From contig DATELB010000123.1 in assembly GCA_035277085.1 (NCBI GenBank), positions 13,591 through 77,590 of the forward strand: a stretch of DNA of 64,000 nt, written 5' to 3'. Under the pieces are notes generated by a model. That model ran no database searches. It had not been told where the DNA came from and worked only from the letters and a program-made list of their open reading frames with translations. The stretch is from Nitrospira sp. (GTDB taxonomy: Bacteria; Nitrospirota; Nitrospiria; Nitrospirales; Nitrospiraceae). The position numbers and the translations under genes are program-made. Of the stretch, positions 56,872 to 64,000 are shown piece by piece (within the stretch, counting starts at the first letter, position 1; every line of letters begins with the position of its first letter).

Positions 56872-58055
56872 ATTCTGTCAAGCAGCATCCGCTGGTCACG
56901 CTAGGCGTCATCATTTTTTTTGCCGTGACGGCGCTGGTGGTCTTTCGTCTCAGCAGCGGGGCCAAGGTCGATCAGAAAAAATCCCGGATCATTACCGTCG
57001 GGACGGTGACGCCGCTGAAGCAGGACCTCGACATCCGGCTGGCCTATACTGCGGACATTACGCCCAATCAGGTGGTCAACATCTTCTCCCGCGTAGACGG
57101 CTACATCGCCAGGTTGTACGTCGACAAGGGTGATTTCGTGAAGGCCAATCAGCTCCTCGTCGAAATCGACCATCAGGACTATCTGCATGCCGTCAACCAG
57201 GCAAAAGCGAACGTGGCCGCCGCGAAAGCCAAAGTCACGCAGCAGGAGGCGTCCGTTCGCAATGCCAAGCTCACGCTCGATCGCATGCAGGCGCTCATCA
57301 AAGAACAGTTCGTCTCCCAACAGGACTTGGACAACGCAGAAGTGAACCTGGACGGCGCGATGGCCGCCCTGGAGTCGCTGCGAGCGCAGGTCAAGCAGAT
57401 GGAAGTAGCGCTCGCCCAGGCGGAGACCAATCTCGCCTACTCATATATCCGCGCTCCGTTCGCTGGGTATGTGGCGGAACGGAACCTCGATTTGGGCGCC
57501 TACGTGACCGGGGCCGCCACCGCCAATTCCACGACTTCCCGGGGTATCGTCAGCCTGCATGACGTCGAAACGGTTCGCACGCTGATCGAGGTCGTCGAAA
57601 AACACGTCCCGCTCATCCAGATCGGGCAAAAGGCGGAAATCCGGGCGGAGGCATATCCCGATCGCATATTTGAAGGCACCGTCACCCGCGTCGTGCAAGC
57701 GTTGAACCGCGCGACCAGAACCATGACGGTCGAAGTGGATTTGCCCAACAGGGACCGCCTGCTGAAGGGCGGCATGTTCGCCCGAGTCGAAGTCCTGGTC
57801 GGCAAGCATCGCGACGCGTTGCAAATCCCGATCGACGCCGTGAGCCGGCTTGAAGACGCGCAGTACGTCTACATCGTCCGCGACGGAAAAGCGGAACGTG
57901 TCCCCGTGGAAATCGGCGTCCGCGACGAAAACCGGGTCGAGGTGACCAAAGGTCTTACGGGTGCCGAGCAGGTCATCGTCTCGGGCAAGGACCTCGTGCA
58001 CGACGGAACGCCGGTGCAGACCGAGCCGGTTGCTCCGGCGAAAGGTGCCGGCTGA
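56868..58055 (+). CDS. RND efflux membrane fusion protein
   Basis: N-terminal TM, lipoyl halves (RVDGYI..L.V.KGD.V), alpha-hairpin, IRAPFAG, GMFARV, GLT..EQVI. Confidence 0.92.
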   Translation: MNSVKQHPLVTLGVIIFFAVTALVVFRLSSGAKVDQKKSRIITVGTVTPLKQDLDIRLAYTADITPNQVVNIFSRVDGYIARLYVDKGDFVKANQLLVEIDHQDYLHAVNQAKANVAAAKAKVTQQEASVRNAKLTLDRMQALIKEQFVSQQDLDNAEVNLDGAMAALESLRAQVKQMEVALAQAETNLAYSYIRAPFAGYVAERNLDLGAYVTGAATANSTTSRGIVSLHDVETVRTLIEVVEKHVPLIQIGQKAEIRAEAYPDRIFEGTVTRVVQALNRATRTMTVEVDLPNRDRLLKGGMFARVEVLVGKHRDALQIPIDAVSRLEDAQYVYIVRDGKAERVPVEIGVRDENRVEVTKGLTGAEQVIVSGKDLVHDGTPVQTEPVAPAKGAG

Positions 58056-58095
58056 TTGCACCGTTTCCGGATCTCTGACTGAGAGTCGTTAGAGC

Positions 58096-61000
58096 ATGTG
58101 GCTTACGCTTCTTGCGTTACGCAACCGCATCGGCATTCTGATGTTGTCGCTGGCCATGGTCGTGCTGGGCGCGACATCGTTGAATCGCCTGCCCGTCGAC
58201 CTGTTTCCCAACATCCAGGTACCCGTCGCCTTCGTCGGCGTCATCTATAAGGGCGCCCCTCCGCTCGATATCGAGCAGAGCGTAGTGTATCCCATCGAGA
58301 AGGCCGTGAGCTCCGCTTCCAACGTCGAGCACGTCGAATCCTTCGCAAAACAAGGTATCGGAGCCGTTCAAATTTGGTTTAACTGGGGCGCGGACATCAA
58401 CGTTGGACAGATGGAGGTGATGCAGCGGATCACCCAGATCTTGAACAGCCTGCCGCCCGGTATCCTGCAGCCATTTATCGTCAAGTTCGACGTTTCGAAT
58501 ATTCCGGTCTCGTTTGTCACCGTGTCCAGCGACGACCTGGATGAACGCGCGCTCTACGACCTCTCGTTCAATACCATAGCGCCTCAGATCGAACAGATTG
58601 CGAACGTCGCGGCCGCCACGGTCGAAGGGGGGAAAATCCGGCAAATTAACATCAACCTGGATCCCGCCCTGCTCAACGCGCGGAGCTTGTCGATTTTGGA
58701 CGTCGTGAAAGCGGTCAAGGCCGCGAACTTGATCCTGCCGTCAGGCGACATCAAGGCCGGCAACCTCGACTACAATGTCTTCACAAATAATCAGTTCCGT
58801 ACGGTGGAACCGATTCAGGACGTCATTGTGAAGGTGAATCAGCAGGGCAACCCCGTCCGCGTCCGCGATCTCGGCACGGTGACGGACTCCTCGGACATTC
58901 AGACGAACGTCGTGAGGACGGACGGGAAGCGGGCGGTCTATCTCCGGGTCAACAAGCAGCCGATCGCCAACACCGTCGAGGTCGTCGATTCGCTGCGTGC
59001 AGCGTTGCCCAAAATGATCGGTATTCCGCCGGGAGTTCAACTCGGCATCTCCTTCGATCAATCGATTTACATCCGCCAGTCCATCGGGAACCTCGTGGAG
59101 CAGGCGCTGCACGGTTCGCTGCTCGCGGCCGCCGTCATTCTGATCTTCCTACGCAATTTGACGAGCACGGTGATTATCTCGGTCGCCATCCCTCTCTCCA
59201 TCATGGTGACGTTTATTGTGCTCTATTTCACCGGCCAGACGTTAAATGTCTTCACCCTGGGGGGACTGGCGCTGGGCATCGGCCGCCTGGTCGACGATTC
59301 GATCGTCGAATTGGAAAATATCCAGCGGCACCTCAATATGAACCCTCGCCGCTGGGACGCCATTCTCGATGCCGCCCGCGAGGTGGCGATGCCGATTTTG
59401 GCGTCGACCGTCACGACCGTGGTCGTCTTCCTGCCCATCTTTTTTGTGGTTGGCATCGCACGCCTTCTATTGATCCCTCTCACCTTGACCATTGCCATTG
59501 CCCTGTTCACGTCATTTTTTGTGTCGCGGACGGTGACCCCGGCGCTCTGTTTCAAATTTCTCAAACCGGAACAGGAAGCGCACCGGTCCATGCCGCGATG
59601 GTTCGTTCGCACCATGGAGTGGAGCAGAGCGCGTTATGAGTCTTTGGACCGCGGATTCGAAGATTCGCTGCGCTGGGTGATCGCCCATCGCAGAGTGTTT
59701 ATCATTGCCATTCTTGCGATGTTCGCCGCGTCGGTCGCCCTGGTGCCGAAAATCGGCACGGAGTTTCTGCCGGTGTCCGACGAGAGCCAATTCCGGATCG
59801 TCCTCCGGGCGCCGGTCGGTCAGCGGGTCGAGAAGACCGAGCAGCAGGTCGCCGAGGTCGAGCGCGTCTTGCGCGCCAACATTCCTGCCGGCGAACTGGA
59901 GACGATCGTCTCGAGCACCGGTGTGCTGGCGCAAGGCCGCTCCTCGCTCTTCAATCCGAACACGGGACCGCACACGTCGGTCATCTCCGTGTATCTGACA
60001 TCTCCGGATCGTCGCTCACGGAACCAGGTGCAAATCATGAACGATGTGCGGCCGAAGGTTGTCAAGCTCTTTCCCGGCGTGGCGATGTTCTTTGATCCCG
60101 GCGGCCTCGTCAAGCGCGTCACCAGCTTCGGCTCGCAAAAATCCGTGGATGTCGAGATCTACGGGTACGACTTCGACAAGGCGCGGGAAGTCATCAGGCA
60201 GGTCGAAGGCTTAATGCACCGCATCGACGGACTGGCCGACATCGAAGTCAGCCGCGAGGAAAACTACCCTGAGGTGAACGTCATCGTCGATCGCGAGAAG
60301 GCGGCGCTCTTGGGCATCAGTGAAACCGACATTGCCAACGCCGTCCTGTTCTCGCTGAACGGCAACGGCCAGACCGATCCGATCATCTATACCGATCCGC
60401 AGAACGGGAACGAATATTACATCAGCGCCTGGCTGGCTGAGGATCACCGGAAAGACCTGACCGACATCGAGAACATCATCCTCACGGCACGAAACGGAGA
60501 GCCGGTGCTTCTCAAGAATGTGGCCTCGCTGAAATTGAACGCCGGGCCCGTGAAGATTGATCGGAAGTATTTTCAACGGGTGATTCACATCACGGCCAAT
60601 CCGTTAAACCGCGATCTCGGCGCGATTGCGGAGGACCTCGAGACAGGCTTCGCTCAACTGCAACTCCCCACGGGATTCAGCATCCGCCTCGCCGGCCAGA
60701 TTCAGCAGCAGCGCGAAACCTTTGCCGGGTTGCTGTTCGCAACCGTTCTGGCGCTGATCCTCGTCTACATGGTCATGGCTGCCCAGTTTAAATCGCTGGT
60801 GGACCCGTTCATTATCATGTTTTCCGTACCCATGGGCTTTCCGGGCGTGATCCTCGCGCTGTTCCTTACGAACACGACGCTCTCAACGACCTCAATGATG
60901 GGCATCATCATGATGCTTGGCATTGTGGTGAGCAACGGCGTGCTGCTGGTCGACTACACGAACGTCTTGCGGCGCAAAGGTGTGGCGCTTCGTGACGCGG

Positions 61001-61290
61001 TCATTCGTGCGGCCAGGACGCGCCTTCGTCCGATTCTGATGACGTCGTTGGCGACCGTGTTCGGGCTGTTGCCGATGGCCATCGGTTGGGGGACTGGCGG
61101 AGAAACGAATGCCCCATTGGCACGGGCGGTCGTAGGCGGTCTCAGCGTCTCGACCTTGCTGACACTCTTTCTCGTGCCGACGATATACTTGATTCTTGAG
61201 GAACGGTTTCCGCGGCGTGCGCCGGCGGAGGGATCGACTGTCTTTGAGGAACTGCCTGCCGAAGCTCCGCTCGTGCCGGCAAACCGCTAA
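58096..61290 (+). CDS. RND efflux permease (AcrB/CusA-like)
   Basis: 1064 aa; VDDSIVELEN, SNGVLLVD, RLRPILMTSLATVFGLLP, PLARAVVGGL. Confidence 0.95.
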   Translation: MWLTLLALRNRIGILMLSLAMVVLGATSLNRLPVDLFPNIQVPVAFVGVIYKGAPPLDIEQSVVYPIEKAVSSASNVEHVESFAKQGIGAVQIWFNWGADINVGQMEVMQRITQILNSLPPGILQPFIVKFDVSNIPVSFVTVSSDDLDERALYDLSFNTIAPQIEQIANVAAATVEGGKIRQININLDPALLNARSLSILDVVKAVKAANLILPSGDIKAGNLDYNVFTNNQFRTVEPIQDVIVKVNQQGNPVRVRDLGTVTDSSDIQTNVVRTDGKRAVYLRVNKQPIANTVEVVDSLRAALPKMIGIPPGVQLGISFDQSIYIRQSIGNLVEQALHGSLLAAAVILIFLRNLTSTVIISVAIPLSIMVTFIVLYFTGQTLNVFTLGGLALGIGRLVDDSIVELENIQRHLNMNPRRWDAILDAAREVAMPILASTVTTVVVFLPIFFVVGIARLLLIPLTLTIAIALFTSFFVSRTVTPALCFKFLKPEQEAHRSMPRWFVRTMEWSRARYESLDRGFEDSLRWVIAHRRVFIIAILAMFAASVALVPKIGTEFLPVSDESQFRIVLRAPVGQRVEKTEQQVAEVERVLRANIPAGELETIVSSTGVLAQGRSSLFNPNTGPHTSVISVYLTSPDRRSRNQVQIMNDVRPKVVKLFPGVAMFFDPGGLVKRVTSFGSQKSVDVEIYGYDFDKAREVIRQVEGLMHRIDGLADIEVSREENYPEVNVIVDREKAALLGISETDIANAVLFSLNGNGQTDPIIYTDPQNGNEYYISAWLAEDHRKDLTDIENIILTARNGEPVLLKNVASLKLNAGPVKIDRKYFQRVIHITANPLNRDLGAIAEDLETGFAQLQLPTGFSIRLAGQIQQQRETFAGLLFATVLALILVYMVMAAQFKSLVDPFIIMFSVPMGFPGVILALFLTNTTLSTTSMMGIIMMLGIVVSNGVLLVDYTNVLRRKGVALRDAVIRAARTRLRPILMTSLATVFGLLPMAIGWGTGGETNAPLARAVVGGLSVSTLLTLFLVPTIYLILEERFPRRAPAEGSTVFEELPAEAPLVPANR

Positions 61291-61306
61291 GGATCCTGCC
61301 GGCGGC

Positions 61307-61648
61307 TTACATCTCCCGGCTGACGGCGGGGAACAGTGCTCGTAACTGCAGCGCCAATCCCATGTCGCCACTGATTCTGATCCGGCCGGACATGGCCGCG
61401 GCCGGTCCGCTCAGCTCGCCGTTCAGCACCTTGACGCAGTCCTCGCCCGCCATCGACAAAATGACATGCGGATCCTCATGCCGCCCTTCCTTCACCTGGC
61501 AGGCTCCTTCGCGAATCGTCACGACGTATTGCCCGCCCTGCGATCCGCTCAAGTCGAACTGATACACCGCTTCCAAATCCTCGGCAGCTTCGGCATCGAG
61601 CTTGGAAGGCAATTGCTTGAAGAATTCCTTTAAGCCAGTCGCTCGCAT
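61307..61648 (-). CDS. SCP2 sterol/lipid-binding domain protein
   Basis: VYQFDLSG, AMSGRIRISGDMGLALQL. Confidence 0.88.
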   Translation of the reverse strand: MRATGLKEFFKQLPSKLDAEAAEDLEAVYQFDLSGSQGGQYVVTIREGACQVKEGRHEDPHVILSMAGEDCVKVLNGELSGPAAAMSGRIRISGDMGLALQLRALFPAVSREM

Positions 61649-61674
61649 GCTCGAGGAAATCCGAGGATGGACGA

Positions 61675-61705
61675 GGCATGGGAGCGGCGTGTTGGCCGCC
61701 CCATG
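61675..61705. other. GC-rich intergenic stem-loop between the AdoMetDC-like and SCP2 genes
   Basis: GGCATGGG-a-GCGGC-gttg-GCCGC-CCCATGCC. Confidence 0.55.
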
Positions 61706-61716
61706 CCGTGCTTCAA

Positions 61717-62160
61717 CTAATAGCGAAGCGTGACGGTTGCGGTCGACCGCCGTGCGCCGAAAAACTGCCGTGAAAACTCTTCCACGACCGCCGGGTCATA
61801 GCCTTTGCAGCTGAAAATATCCAGATAGGCGTTGTTGGTGTCGTTGGCGAAGTGGCCGCTGATCAAGGAGGTCGAGATCAACTGAACCATCGAATAGCCT
61901 GCGACCCGCCCCGAACCGAAATCCACGACCTGGCATTCTCCGAAGCGCTGCATGTCAATGAGCTCGCAGAGCTCGACGACATAACGGCGGATATGGTCGG
62001 CATCGCGGATAAGATCGGGATGGCAGTCTTGCAGGTCAACAGCAGTGCACAGTCCCCAGGCCTTCCCTTCACCGACCATGTCCTTGACAGGGATGGCCGA
62101 GGAAGCCTCTGGGGCACTCGATGGCAAAATCGTCTCTTCGGAACCGACCGGGACGCTCAT
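61717..62160 (-). CDS. S-adenosylmethionine decarboxylase (SpeD) family proenzyme, atypical
   Basis: VDLQDC, GYSMVQLISTSLISGHF (canonical form is xES-H-x-S-x-H), YLDIFSC. Confidence 0.7.
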   Translation of the reverse strand: MSVPVGSEETILPSSAPEASSAIPVKDMVGEGKAWGLCTAVDLQDCHPDLIRDADHIRRYVVELCELIDMQRFGECQVVDFGSGRVAGYSMVQLISTSLISGHFANDTNNAYLDIFSCKGYDPAVVEEFSRQFFGARRSTATVTLRY

Positions 62161-62318
62161 AGGGCATTCCGCCTTTCTGTGTGTGGGTGAGAACTACGGG
62201 GGTTTTTTTCACTATACCATGAATTGTTTCATCCGCATGACGGCCCCGAAAAAAAATTTGCGCTGGTCGGTGTGCGGTCGGTTGACAAGATTCTTGACCC
62301 TCAGGGAGAATGCCGGCC

Positions 62319-62495
62319 ATGAACGCCAGTCCCCAAGCGCCCGCCTCAGATCTTCCTGATCGCCTCTGCACATGGTGCAAGGTCCCTATGAAGAAACGGC
62401 TGGTCGCCAGCGGGCAGTTCATTCATTACACCTGCCCCAAATGCATCTTCCAACACACGACGCGACGCGCGTCTCAACCATCCGCCTCTGACTAG
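62319..62495 (+). CDS. Small zinc-ribbon protein, 58 aa
   Basis: CTWC-x18-CPKC; ATG 62319 (alternative ATG 62310). Confidence 0.6.
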   Translation: MNASPQAPASDLPDRLCTWCKVPMKKRLVASGQFIHYTCPKCIFQHTTRRASQPSASD

Positions 62496-62547
62496 AGCCA
62501 TTGATGCCGCGATCCCCGGGCACGGCGAAGGATTTCCACCGACTGTT

Positions 62548-62910
62548 TTAGAGTTTCTCTCGGATTTGTGACCGGATGTCCTCCATCCGGCGGCGATTCA
62601 CGCCGAAATCCCCGTAGCCAAGGCGAGAGGCGGAGCGAAAGTGGATCGTCTTGGATGCTTCATCGAAGAGGAATTCCACATCGTCGACAAACTTCAGTAG
62701 AAGGCTCGTAAATTCGTAATGGAGGTAGCCATCTTCTTCCTCGACTAACTTGGTGCGCGGCAGGCCACCGATGATTGCCTTCAAGACGGCTTTCGCGTCT
62801 AACCTGGTCTTGGAATAGCGATAAGGACCTATTGCATGCCGGCTGTCTTGCGCGGGTGCAAGCGTCGACACGCAGTTCGGGCTCTCAGGACAGGGCGCAA
62901 GTGATCGCAT
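62548..62910 (-). CDS. DUF1499 domain protein
   Basis: LAPCPESPNCVST, LKFVDDVEF, RSASRLGYGDFGVNRRR. Confidence 0.9.
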   Translation of the reverse strand: MRSLAPCPESPNCVSTLAPAQDSRHAIGPYRYSKTRLDAKAVLKAIIGGLPRTKLVEEEDGYLHYEFTSLLLKFVDDVEFLFDEASKTIHFRSASRLGYGDFGVNRRRMEDIRSQIREKL

Positions 62911-62979
62911 CGTTGATGACGCCGAAACAACTACTGAATACTCTTACATGCCTCCTGAATGTGTTCTCAATCGACCCTT

Positions 62980-64000
62980 CTAATACCAGATCGTCGTCAA
63001 CGGGGGCTGTGGGTCATCGCGGCTTTCCACGGTCACGGAGACCCGTCCGATGATGCGTCCATCCTCAGATTCAAGATCCACCCGCCAGTCGCCGGGGTCG
63101 AGTTGTTGCTTGAACGTGTACGCCCGGTAACCGGCTTCGCGGCCACCGGATATCTTCACAGGAATCTTGTCGGCATGCGAGAACGGCTTATTGGGTTGCC
63201 CCCGAAAGTACCAATGGTGGTATACGGTCGTGTTCAATGCGACGGGCGCAAAGACGGCGGTAAAGCAATAAATCGGCTCATGCGCAGGAAAGGTCGTATC
63301 AGATCGCTTCCAGACTTGGTACCACTTGCGTTCGAACGACAATTCGAATCGGTCGTCCGACTTCTTGACTTCATGGTAAATGCCGCCGAACTTCATTGAA
63401 AGCGGCACGGGAGGAATCCAGTTCAGAAAATAGAATCCGACCATAAGACCGATCAATCCAAACGCCGGAATGGTGACACCAAAGGCCTCTCGCCCGGACC
63501 GATCCGGATTGTTGCGATAGATCAGTTGCACGACGCGGAACGTCACCGTCGCGCTGAGAGCCGCACCCGCCAAAAAGACCAGCAAGTTCATGTAACCGGT
63601 CATGACGGGCAGGAAAAAAGTAAAAAACCCGAAACAGACGAGCGCATACAGGCTGATCAACAAGCGAAGATTCGACAGACGGTCTCGAAGGAACTCGTTC
63701 CCCACCAGGAGGAGCACCAGCACACCAAAAAATACCGCCGTACTGGTCAGCGTGGCGCTGCGTGAATAGAACACGGCATACGCGCTGAAAAGGCTCCCTA
63801 GAAGAAACTGACTGGCCATCGGATAGTACGGTCGGCTCCGAAGGAGCCATCGGGTGAACGGCGAAAGCGCTGCCAACTGTTCTCGCTCGGGAGGCGGCTC
63901 GATTCCGAGTCTGCCGGTCAGAACGATGAGGACGCCGAGCAGCAGGAGATAGAGGAGCAGCAGCAGGTTGTCCTGGAGGCGGTCGATCCGTGTCAGGGTC
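62980..64000 (-). CDS. DUF2914 domain membrane protein, 5' end outside the window
   Basis: Frame is open from 63999 (TLTRIDRLQDNLLLL...). Multi-TM N-terminus; C-terminal YCFTAVFAP, H.W, GGREAGYR, GDWRV. Confidence 0.8.
   Translation of the reverse strand, partial: TLTRIDRLQDNLLLLLYLLLLGVLIVLTGRLGIEPPPEREQLAALSPFTRWLLRSRPYYPMASQFLLGSLFSAYAVFYSRSATLTSTAVFFGVLVLLLVGNEFLRDRLSNLRLLISLYALVCFGFFTFFLPVMTGYMNLLVFLAGAALSATVTFRVVQLIYRNNPDRSGREAFGVTIPAFGLIGLMVGFYFLNWIPPVPLSMKFGGIYHEVKKSDDRFELSFERKWYQVWKRSDTTFPAHEPIYCFTAVFAPVALNTTVYHHWYFRGQPNKPFSHADKIPVKISGGREAGYRAYTFKQQLDPGDWRVDLESEDGRIIGRVSVTVESRDDPQPPLTTIWY

Noticed and set aside
58096-61648. RND pump plus SCP2 as a hopanoid or sterol export system
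   Set aside because: The pump is AcrB/CusA-like with an MFP, not HpnN/MMPL-type, and the SCP2 gene is convergent rather than in the operon.
1-64000. CRISPR arrays, IS elements or transposases, prophage, rRNA and tRNA genes
   Set aside because: No repeat-spacer arrays, transposase or integrase motifs, terminal inverted repeats or RNA-gene signatures were seen by eye; tRNAscan-SE and Infernal were not run.

Overview
This 64-kb window is GC-rich bacterial core chromosome. Gene content and style suggest a Nitrospira-like organism, which is an inference and was not checked against a database. In order it holds: a partial rpsF missed by the ORF track; an imuB-like/dnaE2/udgX mutagenesis cassette with no imuA or lexA; the prs-rplY-pth-ychF-pagL-like operon; ispE with pilC-pilS-pilR; and a dcw cluster (rsmH to ftsZ) that continues into pgeF-yggS-proC-yggT-divIVA. 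The dcw cluster lacks mraZ but keeps MraZ-type operator repeats. Next come asnS, a secreted protein with 10-aa and 9-aa tandem repeats, a BNR lipoprotein, yajQ, cstA with a C-terminal Cys-Cys, hsp20, and five stand-alone PilZ genes. These flank a six-gene phosphonolipid-type biosynthetic operon: split TPP decarboxylase, AEP-type transaminase, cytidylyltransferase, CDP-alcohol phosphotransferase fusion and flippase-like protein. That operon has no pepM, and a previously unannotated, multiply frameshifted nucleotidyltransferase pseudogene lies beside it. The window ends with a TetR-RND efflux operon, SCP2, an atypical AdoMetDC-family gene and small hypothetical genes. I saw no tRNA, rRNA, CRISPR array or mobile element. 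The best leads are the PepM-less phosphono-/phospholipid pathway with its remnant, the ImuB-DnaE2-UdgX cassette, the repeat protein, the orphan MraZ operator and the structured prs leader.
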